From positions 337-64,336 of the forward strand of contig CAVJRQ010000089.1 of the NCBI GenBank assembly GCA_963652075.1: a stretch of DNA of 64,000 nt, in the 5' to 3' direction. Source of the DNA: Acutalibacteraceae bacterium (lineage in GTDB: Bacteria; Bacteroidota; Bacteroidia; Bacteroidales; Bacteroidaceae). A program made the position numbers and the translations under genes. Of the stretch, positions 36,774-46,083 are shown piece by piece. Under the pieces are notes generated by a model. It saw only the letters and a program-made list of their open reading frames with translations. It did not search any database and was not told where the DNA came from. Each line of letters starts with the position of its first letter. Position 1 is the stretch's first letter.

Positions 36774-37355
36774 TTACAGCAGCGACATGCAGCTTAGCAG
36801 CGCGAAGCCTACGGCAGTAAGCAAAGGAAGGAAACCGTGTTGCTCCGTTTCGTTGTCGAAGTATTCGCGGAGCTTCTTCATGGCCCGTTTCTTTTGGGTC
36901 TTCACGGTAAGCACCGACAGATTCATCCGTGCCGCTATCTCGTCGTTGCTGTATCCATCCAGATGGAGCAAGAAAATCTCACGGCAACGTTCGGGGAGTT
37001 TGTCTATCTCCTTGAAGAGCAGTGTCATCACCTCTTCGTCAAGCTGCTCCTCCCATTCCGCCGCTTCGCTTTCCGTGCGTTCCGCTTGTTCGGCGTAACG
37101 GTTCTCCATCTCCGCACGTCTCAGATAATCGATGGCGGCATTCTTTACGCTGGTAAACAGATAACCCTCTGTCAACTGGCTCATGTTCACGCCTTTCTCC
37201 CACAAACGGGTGAAAAGTTCCTGCACCAGGTCTTCCGCCACATCGTGCCTGTCCACCATTCCCGTGACAAAGTTCACCAGGTCGACGTACCGTTGTTCAT
37301 ACATCTGCATGAACTTGTCGTGCGCTTGACTGTATGTAGTATCTGAGCTAACCAT
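36774..37355 (-). CDS. ECF-type RNA polymerase sigma-70 family factor with hydrophobic C-terminal tail
   Basis: Region 2 (DLVQELFTRLWEK) and region 4 (FLLHLDGYSNDEIAARMNLSVLTVKTQKKRAMKKLR), then the tail FLPLLTAVGFALLSCMSLL. Confidence 0.85.
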   Translation of the reverse strand: MVSSDTTYSQAHDKFMQMYEQRYVDLVNFVTGMVDRHDVAEDLVQELFTRLWEKGVNMSQLTEGYLFTSVKNAAIDYLRRAEMENRYAEQAERTESEAAEWEEQLDEEVMTLLFKEIDKLPERCREIFLLHLDGYSNDEIAARMNLSVLTVKTQKKRAMKKLREYFDNETEQHGFLPLLTAVGFALLSCMSLL

Positions 37356-37394
37356 TCAATTCTCTCTGCCGCGTCGCTTACCGTTATCTGGTTG

Positions 37395-37402
37395 CAAAAG
37401 TA
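37395..37402 (-). promoter_or_regulatory. -7 box TACTTTTG for the ECF sigma gene
   Basis: Reverse complement of caaaagta, 40 nt upstream of ATG 37355. Confidence 0.5.
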
Positions 37403-37487
37403 TGAAAAATAGAATAAAAAGAACCTTTTCCCGTACAAAAGTTTATCAGCAAAGGAATTTAGTATCAATTTGCGGTAATTTTCACCA

Positions 37488-39476
37488 TCACCGCTCCTTG
37501 ATGATTCCCTTGCGATAGGCGGTGAGCAGCTTATAGAGGTCATCAATCTGACGCTCCAACTCCTTACCTTTGTCGGTATCACGCACCATGACGCGCTTAC
37601 TGCTCAGTTCCACCAGTTGGGTAGTGGAGATGATGTCCTTACCGTAACGGATAGCCTCTTGGGCAGAGGTGAAGGGTTCGTGCTGCACGAGCTGCAGGCC
37701 GCGCGAGTGGTAAACCAACGTGTAGCCGGCAATGCCGGTCTCGGAATGGTAGGCTTTGGAGAATCCGCCATCGATGACGAGAAGTTTACCGTTGGCCTTC
37801 ACCGGGTTCTCTCCTTTCTTGGTCTTCACGGGAACATGACCACTGATGATGTGACGGTGTTCACCGGTCACTTGGAACTCGTCGAGCAACATGTCGCACA
37901 TCTCTTCAGAGTCGCGAAGGGCATAGTATGCCCCTTTCTCCTCGGCATGGAGAGATTTATCCTTGATGAAGTACCGTTCGAAGGTGGCCATCTTCGACTT
38001 GTCGAAGAGCGGAGAGTCCTTGCCGCACCACAGATACCACATATAGTCAATGGCAAAGGCTTTGTCCTTCGACGGGTCATCGTTGAACGCCATGCGGGCG
38101 AGGTTGTCTACCTTATCGAGCAGCGCCTTGCCTTTGTAGGGTTTGTTTTGGATGAAGACTTCCTTCAGGGAACCGTCGGCATTGAGGGGGACGGAAGCAT
38201 GGTAGAGGAGATTGGAGTTCATCACCAAGTACATGCTACCGTGGGTATAGAGGCACTGGATGTGACGTTTGAGTTTCTCGCTGAGGATGAACGAGCGGTG
38301 CATCTTCTTCACGATATCCAACTCTTCAGGGGTCAGCTTGGTAGGGTCTTTGGGGTCAATGGTGGGGAAACAGCAATCGCTCAGTTCGTATTCAGTTCCA
38401 TCGACGCGAAGCACGCCTTTCCCGTAGTCTATCATTTCCAACAGGTTGCGGTCCGCCATGCCGAACTCCGGACGGCGTTTGACGATAGCGGCCTCAAGTT
38501 TGAACTGTATCACGCTGATGGCCTTGTGCATTTGAGCGATGAGCTTGCGGGTGCGCTCGTTGTGTGTCTTGTCGTCCTCGTCTATCTTGGGATAGAACAC
38601 CGCACAGGGGTCGTCGCCATACGTATCCATTGCGAAGGTGGCCAGTGGCAAAAGGTTGATGCCATAACCGTCTTCCAACGTGGCGAGGTTGCCATAGCGC
38701 ATGGCGATGCGAAGGACGTTGGCGATGCAACTGTCGCAACCGGAAGCGGCCCCCATCCACAGGATGTCGTGATTGCCCCATTGGATGTCCACGTTGTGAT
38801 AGTTGCACAGGAGGTCCATGATGAGGTGAGCGCCCGGACCGCGGTCGTAGATGTCACCGATGACGTGGAGCGAGTCGATAACAAGGCGCTGGATAAGGTT
38901 ACACATGGCCTCGATAAACTGGTCTGCCCGGTGGGTGGCGATGATGGTTTGTATGATGACGTTCACATAGCCGTGCTTGTTTGGCTCCATGGAACTCTCG
39001 TGGAGCAACTCCTGAATGATGTAGGAGAATTCCGTGGGCAAAGCCTTGCGGACTTTGGAACGGGTGTATTTGGAGGAGACGCTACGGCAGACCAGAATCA
39101 GGTGGTTCAGTGTGATGACGTACCAGTCGTCGAGGTCGGTCTCCGCAGACTTCACCAACTCCAGTTTCTGTTTCGGATAATATATCAAGGTACAGAGATC
39201 CTTCTTCTCGGACTCGCGCAGCGTGTTGCCGAAGATTTCGTTGACCTTACGTTTCACGTCACCCGAAGCGTTCTTCAGTACGTGTTGGAAAGCCTCATAC
39301 TCACCGTGGATGTCGCTCATGAAGTGTTCCGTCCCCTTAGGGAGGTTCAGTATCGCCTCAAGGTTGATTATCTCGGTGCTTGCCGCAGCGATGGTGGGGA
39401 ATTGGTTGCTCAGCAGCCGCAGGTATTTCAGCTGCTGTTCAACGGGGTCTTTGGGATTAGTCTTGTCGTTTTCCAT
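37488..39476 (-). CDS. fbp: Fructose-1,6-bisphosphatase class 3
   Basis: 662 aa. LRLLSNQFPTIAAASTEIINLEAILNLPKGTEHFMSDIHGEYEAF and GDIYDRGP metallophosphatase blocks are typical of class-3 FBPase. Confidence 0.92.
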   Translation of the reverse strand: MENDKTNPKDPVEQQLKYLRLLSNQFPTIAAASTEIINLEAILNLPKGTEHFMSDIHGEYEAFQHVLKNASGDVKRKVNEIFGNTLRESEKKDLCTLIYYPKQKLELVKSAETDLDDWYVITLNHLILVCRSVSSKYTRSKVRKALPTEFSYIIQELLHESSMEPNKHGYVNVIIQTIIATHRADQFIEAMCNLIQRLVIDSLHVIGDIYDRGPGAHLIMDLLCNYHNVDIQWGNHDILWMGAASGCDSCIANVLRIAMRYGNLATLEDGYGINLLPLATFAMDTYGDDPCAVFYPKIDEDDKTHNERTRKLIAQMHKAISVIQFKLEAAIVKRRPEFGMADRNLLEMIDYGKGVLRVDGTEYELSDCCFPTIDPKDPTKLTPEELDIVKKMHRSFILSEKLKRHIQCLYTHGSMYLVMNSNLLYHASVPLNADGSLKEVFIQNKPYKGKALLDKVDNLARMAFNDDPSKDKAFAIDYMWYLWCGKDSPLFDKSKMATFERYFIKDKSLHAEEKGAYYALRDSEEMCDMLLDEFQVTGEHRHIISGHVPVKTKKGENPVKANGKLLVIDGGFSKAYHSETGIAGYTLVYHSRGLQLVQHEPFTSAQEAIRYGKDIISTTQLVELSSKRVMVRDTDKGKELERQIDDLYKLLTAYRKGIIKER

Positions 39477-39513
39477 AGTTTATTTCTGTTTAGAGTGCAA
39501 ATATAGTCTTTTT

Positions 39514-40896
39514 TCATGCCATGCGCAAGGCAAATGCCTTTTTACGGACACGGTAGTAGGTAAACCATACCGCCGTGCCGGTGACAATCCACGAAATGGG
39601 ATAGACGGCCATCAGCACTTCGTAGGTGGGATACTCACGCGCCACGGTGTAGACCCAGACAAGACGCAGGACGCACGTACCGAAGACCGTGAGGATAGTG
39701 GGTGTCATGGAATGGCCAAGTCCACGCATGGCGGCACCGCTGATTTCATAGGAACTGGCGAGGGACTGGAAGCAGAGCACGTAGAACATCCGCACGGCGG
39801 CATAGTTCGCCACCTCGGGACTGTCAGTGAAGAGACCGATAAAGAACGGGTTCTGCCAGGTGATGAAGAGGTTGAGCGCCCCGCAACAGAGGACACTCAG
39901 AATCATGCCCAACCGGAAGATGCGCCGGCAACGTTCTATCTCGCCGGCTCCATAGTTCTGGCTGGTGAAAGTAACCGTGGCCTGCACAAAGGCGCTGACG
40001 ACGAAATAGCAGTAGTATTCATAGTTGAGTTCCACGGCAGACCCGGCCACGGCATCGGAACCGAATCCGTTGATGGCGGACTGGATAAAGACGTTGGCAA
40101 ACGAGAAGACCATGCCCTGCAATCCGGCCGGCACGCCGATACGCAACATCTTATGGAGTTCGGGCTTGGCAATCTTGAGTTCCTTGACGTTGAGGCGGAA
40201 CGGATAAGTCTCATGCTTGAGGATGTAGACGATGATGGCAGCGTTGACCACATTGGAGACCACGGTCGCAATGGCCACACCCGCCACGCTCATGTGGAAG
40301 ACGATGACGAGAACCAGATTGAGTACGGTATTGATGATGCCCGATACCACCAAGCTGTAGAGCGGACGTTTGGTATCGCCCATGCTGCGGAGCACGGCGG
40401 CGCCAAAGTTGAATATCATGATGAAAGGCATGCCCAGGAAATAGATGCGCAGGTAGAGACTGGCCAAATCAATGACATCATGCGGCGTATCCATCAGTTC
40501 GAGGATGGGACGCGCCGCCACGAAGCCCACCACCATGAGCAACAGTCCGCTCACGACGGCTATCACCCCCACGGTCTGCACCGAGCGGTAGACTCCGGCA
40601 TCGTCTTTCTGTCCGATGTAATTGCCTATCACCACGCTGGCACCCACGGAAATCCCTACAAACAGGTTGATGAGCAGGCTGATGAGGGAGCCGTTGCTAC
40701 CCACCGCCGCCAAGGCCTGACTGCTGGCAAAGCGGCCTACCACCGCCACATCCACCGAGTTGAACAACTGCTGCAGGATGCTGCTGGCAGCCAAGGGCAG
40801 GGCAAACATCAGCATCTTTCCCAGCAAGCCCCCGTGAAGCATATCCATGCGTACTGTGCCGTGGCCGCTCTCTTTCTTCATCTTCATTTTGTGCAA
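39514..40896 (-). CDS. MATE family efflux transporter
   Basis: 12 predicted helices. The N-terminal block LGKMLMFALPLAASSILQQLFNSVDVAVVGRF is MATE-typical. The true start may be the internal MDMLHGG. Confidence 0.85.
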   Translation of the reverse strand: MHKMKMKKESGHGTVRMDMLHGGLLGKMLMFALPLAASSILQQLFNSVDVAVVGRFASSQALAAVGSNGSLISLLINLFVGISVGASVVIGNYIGQKDDAGVYRSVQTVGVIAVVSGLLLMVVGFVAARPILELMDTPHDVIDLASLYLRIYFLGMPFIMIFNFGAAVLRSMGDTKRPLYSLVVSGIINTVLNLVLVIVFHMSVAGVAIATVVSNVVNAAIIVYILKHETYPFRLNVKELKIAKPELHKMLRIGVPAGLQGMVFSFANVFIQSAINGFGSDAVAGSAVELNYEYYCYFVVSAFVQATVTFTSQNYGAGEIERCRRIFRLGMILSVLCCGALNLFITWQNPFFIGLFTDSPEVANYAAVRMFYVLCFQSLASSYEISGAAMRGLGHSMTPTILTVFGTCVLRLVWVYTVAREYPTYEVLMAVYPISWIVTGTAVWFTYYRVRKKAFALRMA

Positions 40897-41011
40897 TACC
40901 TATTGTGTGTGTAATACCTATTATATACGCTCCTCACGCACCACCCCACTCCATGCGAAGCCGTGCCTCGGGGAATCGGGTGCAAAATTAGCTATAAGTT
41001 CGTTACGAACA

Positions 41012-41362
41012 TTACTTCTTCCGTTGTTCCTTTTTCTCCTCGGCGGAAATGCGGAACGAAGTGTAGAGTTCAAGGACGGCGGCGACGGTAAGGCAAAGCA
41101 CCCACTCGTTATTCTCGAAGAAGAACATGAAGAAGGTGGTCATCATGAGCAGCAAAGCGGCCAGTATCTGTTGACGGCGGAGACGGCGGATGATGAAATT
41201 GCCGCCCTCGTAGCGGTCGAGCAACTGCGGTATGGCGAACAGTGCGGAGCCTATCCCATAGAGATAGGGCGAAGCCGACCAACCGGTAACAAACGAACCG
41301 CAACCCAACAGCAGCAAGACACCGCCCGAATAATACATCCACGAAAGATTCTTCATAGTCAT
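41012..41362 (-). CDS. Small integral membrane protein, unknown function
   Basis: 116 aa, four hydrophobic segments, basic tail. Its start overlaps the upstream stop (ATGA), suggesting translational coupling. Confidence 0.6.
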   Translation of the reverse strand: MTMKNLSWMYYSGGVLLLLGCGSFVTGWSASPYLYGIGSALFAIPQLLDRYEGGNFIIRRLRRQQILAALLLMMTTFFMFFFENNEWVLCLTVAAVLELYTSFRISAEEKKEQRKK

Positions 41363-41673
41363 TCCTCCCCCTCTATAATATATATGTCCTCGTTGGCCGT
41401 TTTCATCAGATACTTCTCACGCGCGATTTTCTCTATCGCCTCCGGGTTTGTCTCCAACTGGTTGAGCCGTTCCGTGTCGCGCACATAGATGCCGCGGTAT
41501 TTCTCAATCTCTTCATTGAGCGTGCGTATCTCCTGCTTGTGTTGGAAGCGGCGAATCAAGTTATTCTCGTCCAGAAAGACAAAGATAAGCAAAAACACCG
41601 ATACCGCTATAAGGTATTTGTTTCTGCCCACTATATGATAAATGGCAAGAAAGACGGAGAATAATCTGCTCAT
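41359..41673 (-). CDS. Septum formation initiator (FtsB/DivIC-like) protein
   Basis: 104 aa. One N-terminal TM helix, then a coiled coil (RTLNEEIEKYRGIYVRDTERLNQLETNPEAIEKIAREKY). Confidence 0.7.
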   Translation of the reverse strand: MSRLFSVFLAIYHIVGRNKYLIAVSVFLLIFVFLDENNLIRRFQHKQEIRTLNEEIEKYRGIYVRDTERLNQLETNPEAIEKIAREKYLMKTANEDIYIIEGEE

Positions 41674-41749
41674 GGCCTAATTATGAATTAACTACGGCAA
41701 AGGTAGAAATATTTCCGGCTCCACAGGCACGGGAAACCGATATTTTAAT

Positions 41750-41757
41750 GTACATTT
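41750..41757 (+). promoter_or_regulatory. -7 box TACATTTG for dnaX
   Basis: TAnnTTTG match 34 nt upstream of ATG 41791. A divergent TACCTTTG (41698-41705, minus strand) serves the FtsB-like gene. Confidence 0.5.
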
Positions 41758-41790
41758 GCAACATTACTTCTAAAGAAACACGTTTCCGCC

Positions 41791-43620
41791 ATGGATAATT
41801 ATATCGTATCGGCCCGTAAATACCGCCCCTCCACCTTCGACACGGTGATAGGGCAGCGTGCGTTGACTATGACACTGAAGAACGCCATCGCCTCGCACAA
41901 GTTGGCAAGCGCCTACCTGTTTTGCGGACCGCGTGGCGTGGGAAAGACCACCTGCGCCCGCATCTTCGCCAAGACCATCAACTGCCTGCACCCGACAGCG
42001 AACGGAGAGGCGTGCAACGAGTGCGAATCGTGCAAGGCCTTCAACGAGCAGCGTTCGTACAACATCCATGAACTGGATGCCGCGTCGAACAACTCGGTGG
42101 ATGACATCCGCGCCCTGATAGAGCAGGTACGCATCCCTCCCCAGGTCGGCAAATACAAGGTGTACATCATCGATGAGGTGCACATGCTGTCGCCCGCGGC
42201 CTTCAACGCTTTCCTGAAGACGTTGGAAGAGCCTCCCTTGCATGCCATCTTCATCTTGGCGACAACGGAGAAGCACAAGATTATCCCCACGATTCTCTCC
42301 CGCTGCCAGATTTACGATTTCAACCGCATCACGGTGAACGACACGGTGGAGCATCTGAAATACGTGGCGGAGAAGGAGGGCATCGAAGCCGAGCCCGAAG
42401 CCTTGAACGTGATTGCGCAGAAAGCGGACGGAGGTATGCGCGACGCACTTTCCATCTTCGACCAGATGGTCAGTTTCTCGGGCGGCCACATCACCTACAA
42501 GAGCGTGGTGGAGAACCTCAACGTACTGGACTATGAGTACTTCTTCCGCATGACCGACATCCTGCTGGGGAACAAGGTGGCGGAAGCGATGTTGCTCTTC
42601 AACGACATCCTGAGCAAAGGTTTCGAGGGGAACATCTTCATTGCGGGACTGGCAGGCCACTTCCGCAACCTGCTCGTGGGCCGCGACGCTTCGACACTCT
42701 GTCTGCTGGAGGTGAGCGATGCGGTGAAGTCGCGCTATCAGCAACAGGCGCAACAATGCAAACCGACCTACCTCTACAGGGCGATGAAACTTTGCAACGA
42801 CTGCGGAATGGCCTATCGGGAAAGCAAGAGCAAACGCTTCTTGGTAGAGCTGACGTTGATAGAGTTGGCACAGGCAGCCGCGGATGACGACGGAGACTCG
42901 TGTGGGCATCGCCCTACGAAGCGATTAAACCCCATCTTCAAGGCACAGACCCAGGCTCAGCCTCAGGTCACAGCCACCGCCACAGGCAATAAGGACACCG
43001 GCAACGCGAATCGTGTGAACCCACAAGCAGTGAACGCGCAAACGGGCAACCCGTCTGTCGGTAACCCACAAACAAGTGGGACAGAGAGCCCTTCACCACA
43101 AGCCGATACGATCCGGAAGATTCCTACGATGAACATGAATCGGGTAGGATTCTCCATCAAACGTACACAAGAGGTGCTGGAGAGCAAGAACGTTGTGGCC
43201 AAATCCACCCAACCGAACCTGTTCAGCGCACAGCCTCCTGCCGGGGAGACTGCGGACCAACCGTTTGACGAAGAGGCGCTGAGGTATCAGTGGCTTCGTT
43301 TCGCCAACGAGTTGCCCAACGAGGAGAAATCGACCGCACAGCGCATGAAGACAATGACGTTCAGCAAACTGGCCGATGCCATTGTGGAGGTTGCCGTCGA
43401 CAATGAGTGGGTGGAGAGCTCCATGCGCGCCATCGCGCCCCGCATTGAGCAGCATCTGCGCACCAGTCTCCACAACAAACAAATAACCCTGCGGTTCAAG
43501 GTAACCCAACAAACGGAACGGAAACGCGCCTACAGCCGGGTGGAGCAGTTCCAACTGATGGCGGAGAAGAACCCCGCCCTACAAAAACTGAAAGAGCGCT
43601 TCGACTTGGAGTTGTCGTAA
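41791..43620 (+). CDS. dnaX: DNA polymerase III subunit gamma/tau
   Basis: YRPSTFDTVIGQ, Walker A GPRGVGKTT, zinc module CNECESC, IIDEVHMLS, sensor SRC. Confidence 0.93.
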   Translation: MDNYIVSARKYRPSTFDTVIGQRALTMTLKNAIASHKLASAYLFCGPRGVGKTTCARIFAKTINCLHPTANGEACNECESCKAFNEQRSYNIHELDAASNNSVDDIRALIEQVRIPPQVGKYKVYIIDEVHMLSPAAFNAFLKTLEEPPLHAIFILATTEKHKIIPTILSRCQIYDFNRITVNDTVEHLKYVAEKEGIEAEPEALNVIAQKADGGMRDALSIFDQMVSFSGGHITYKSVVENLNVLDYEYFFRMTDILLGNKVAEAMLLFNDILSKGFEGNIFIAGLAGHFRNLLVGRDASTLCLLEVSDAVKSRYQQQAQQCKPTYLYRAMKLCNDCGMAYRESKSKRFLVELTLIELAQAAADDDGDSCGHRPTKRLNPIFKAQTQAQPQVTATATGNKDTGNANRVNPQAVNAQTGNPSVGNPQTSGTESPSPQADTIRKIPTMNMNRVGFSIKRTQEVLESKNVVAKSTQPNLFSAQPPAGETADQPFDEEALRYQWLRFANELPNEEKSTAQRMKTMTFSKLADAIVEVAVDNEWVESSMRAIAPRIEQHLRTSLHNKQITLRFKVTQQTERKRAYSRVEQFQLMAEKNPALQKLKERFDLELS

Positions 43621-43807
43621 GTGCAGGAAAACAGGAAACATACGCACAGCTGTCTCCTACCCTCTCGCTTGGTTTGGGCAGAAGGGGAGATATGTTGAAG
43701 GAATTCGGGCATTCATTGATTATTGTTGCAGAATGATTACACGATGGATATATTTGCAACAAAAACGTACGTATATCCAATAATTATTAACTTGTGGAAT
43801 CAGAATT

Positions 43808-44551
43808 ATGTGTAACGCAATGAATGCATTGATACGGAACTTTCAGCCTATCTCGCTGGAAGAGATGGACGGCATCAGACTGATGAACCGTACCGACACC
43901 AAGTTTGTGATGTCAATCGACAAGTTAACAACCTTGCTTCGTATGGCAGGAGATGAATACAGGGTGCAGGAGATAGACGGCAAGCGCAACATGAACTACG
44001 CCACGGTCTATTACGACTCCAAGGACTATGTCTTCTACAATGCCCACCACGACGGGCATGCCGGCAGACAAAAGGTGAGGGTGCGCTCGTACGTGGACAG
44101 CGACCTGAGCTTCCTTGAGGTGAAGACCAAGGACAACCACGGCAAAACCCACAAATGCCGCATCTCCGCGCACGGGTTGGGAGACGAAGCGTCAATGGAC
44201 TTCCTGCGGCACAACTTGCGAGTTGACCCGAAGTCCTTGGAGAAGAAGATAGCCAACCGCTTTCATCGCGTCACGCTCGTCAACAAGAACAAGACCGAAC
44301 GCCTCACGATAGACACCGACCTGGAGTTTGACAACCTCTCTACCGGCCGTCACTGCTCGCTCAGCCATTTGGCGATAGTGGAGCTGAAACGCGACGGGCT
44401 GAAGGAGTCTCCCATTTTGGCGATGTTGCGCCAGCTGCGCATCCACCAGAGCGGCTTCAGCAAGTATTGCATCGGAGAGGCTCTCACCAACCCCTCCTTG
44501 CGGCTCAACCGCATGAAGCCACGGCTTCAGGAGATCATGAAGATTTCGTGA
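43808..44551 (+). CDS. VTC-domain (triphosphate-tunnel, polyphosphate-polymerase-like) protein
   Basis: 247 aa. Alternating charged beta-strand motifs KVRVRSY, LEVKTKD, LTIDTDL, IVELKRD and FSKYCIG are as in VTC/CYTH tunnel folds. Confidence 0.75.
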   Translation: MCNAMNALIRNFQPISLEEMDGIRLMNRTDTKFVMSIDKLTTLLRMAGDEYRVQEIDGKRNMNYATVYYDSKDYVFYNAHHDGHAGRQKVRVRSYVDSDLSFLEVKTKDNHGKTHKCRISAHGLGDEASMDFLRHNLRVDPKSLEKKIANRFHRVTLVNKNKTERLTIDTDLEFDNLSTGRHCSLSHLAIVELKRDGLKESPILAMLRQLRIHQSGFSKYCIGEALTNPSLRLNRMKPRLQEIMKIS

Positions 44552-44605
44552 CGACAAGGTCACGAATACAACAAACCGGAAATTGACAAAACAATCATTT
44601 GCATT

Positions 44606-45265
44606 ATGAACAACTTTGAAATCGTAACCAATGACCTGGCGGCAATGATTCCGCTCATGACAAAATTCCTCTTCAACACCCTTACCGTGTGGATTATCAC
44701 CCATTGGCTCTATTTCCCGAAAAGTCGGCAGCGCGAGTACTATTTCACTTTTATGCTGATGGCCGTCAGCGTCTTCTTCCTCATAAACCTTTTGGGAGAC
44801 GTACAGATAAAGATAGAGTTCGCCCTCGGACTCTTCGCCATCTTCGGAATTATCCGCTACCGTACCGAATCGATGCCCGTGCGCGAGATGACCTATCTGT
44901 TTCTGATACTTGCCTTGTCCGTCATCAACGGTTTGTCGGCAAGCATGGGATGGGCCACGTTGGTTGGTGTCAACCTGCTTTTCATACTCACCACCTGGTT
45001 CTTTGAGAACATAAAGGTGAAGGGATGCTTGGCGGTGAAACTGGTACAGTATGACCGAATCGAACTCATCAAGCCCGAACTTCGCGAGCAGCTCATTGCC
45101 GACCTGCGCGAGCGCACGGGACTCGACATCGTAAAGGTGGAGGTTGGCGGCATTGATTTTCTGCGCGACATGAGTGTCATAAAAATCTACTACCACACCA
45201 CCACGCCAGGAAGTTCCGTTGACGAACAGCTGAAAGTCCATTCTTATGAATATGAGCATATTTAA
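44606..45265 (+). CDS. DUF4956-like membrane protein
   Basis: 219 aa. Four N-terminal hydrophobic helices plus a soluble C-terminal domain. A usual genomic partner of bacterial VTC-domain genes. Confidence 0.65.
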   Translation: MNNFEIVTNDLAAMIPLMTKFLFNTLTVWIITHWLYFPKSRQREYYFTFMLMAVSVFFLINLLGDVQIKIEFALGLFAIFGIIRYRTESMPVREMTYLFLILALSVINGLSASMGWATLVGVNLLFILTTWFFENIKVKGCLAVKLVQYDRIELIKPELREQLIADLRERTGLDIVKVEVGGIDFLRDMSVIKIYYHTTTPGSSVDEQLKVHSYEYEHI

Positions 45266-45287
45266 CACGACAACAAAACAAGAGAAC

Positions 45288-46055
45288 ATGAAGAGTATCC
45301 TTTCCGTACACGGGCGCACGATTCTTGTCGGCCTGGCATTATTTGCACAGGGTATCGTGCCGGCCTTTGCCCAAAGCGACTCCGATTTCGGGGTTTGGCT
45401 GAATGCCGACGTAAAGAAAAAGATTGACAAACACTGGAGCGTGGACGGCGAACTGGGAGCGAAAACGCGCGACAACTCCAAGGAGATGGACCGCCTCAGC
45501 CTCGGTATAGGCACGGACTATAAGTTCAACAAGTACCTGAAACTTTCGGCCGGTTATAATTTCCTTTACGACCATCGCGCCAAGAAGCAGACTTACCACA
45601 AGGACGGGACGGTAAACAAGATTACCCCCTCCTATTGGTGGCCGCGCCACCGTTTCCTGTTGGGTGCGACGGGCAGCTACAGCATTGGCAATCTGGGATT
45701 GTCGCTGCGCGAGATGTACCAATACACCTATCGTGCCAAGGCGAAAAACAAAAAGTACGACACCGACACGGAGGAGTGGGAAGACGTGAAGAGCAAAAGC
45801 CTGCACATCTTGCGCTCGCGCTTTCTGGTGGACTATCGCATAAAGGGCACACCATTTACGCCGTACGGCAGCGTGGAGACCTATCACGGTGAAGGTGGAC
45901 TGAGGAAAACCCGCTATACACTCGGTACCGGCTTCTCCATAGCCAAGCGTCACGAGCTGAAACTCTACTGGCGCTACCAAGACTTGCGCCACAACGATGA
46001 CGACGAAGACCTCGACACCCATGTGCTTGGAGTAAGTTACAGTTTCAAGCTCTGA
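45288..46055 (+). CDS. DUF2490-like outer-membrane beta-barrel protein
   Basis: Signal peptide LALFAQGIVPAFAQ, alternating strand pattern throughout. The start at MKSILS removes the overlap with the upstream gene. Confidence 0.6.
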   Translation: MKSILSVHGRTILVGLALFAQGIVPAFAQSDSDFGVWLNADVKKKIDKHWSVDGELGAKTRDNSKEMDRLSLGIGTDYKFNKYLKLSAGYNFLYDHRAKKQTYHKDGTVNKITPSYWWPRHRFLLGATGSYSIGNLGLSLREMYQYTYRAKAKNKKYDTDTEEWEDVKSKSLHILRSRFLVDYRIKGTPFTPYGSVETYHGEGGLRKTRYTLGTGFSIAKRHELKLYWRYQDLRHNDDDEDLDTHVLGVSYSFKL

Positions 46056-46083
46056 CATTCGTCCACTGACAGTCGAACTTATA

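Noticed and set aside
37617-40914. 629-aa and 563-aa plus-strand ORFs (37617-39506, 39223-40914).
   Set aside because: These are antisense shadows of fbp and the MATE transporter, with the same low-complexity composition. Both sense genes have strong family signatures.
40901-40932. A direct repeat AATACCTATT x2 in the MATE leader. Other small inverted repeats occur in promoters, for example ccgcaaaa...ttttgcgg at 56132-56154.
   Set aside because: These are short, single occurrences compatible with chance or ordinary operator or UTR structure. There is not enough evidence for a feature.
41791-43620. A programmed -1 frameshift site in dnaX (A AAA AAG type).
   Set aside because: I found no AAAAAAG heptamer or equivalent slippery run in the gene.
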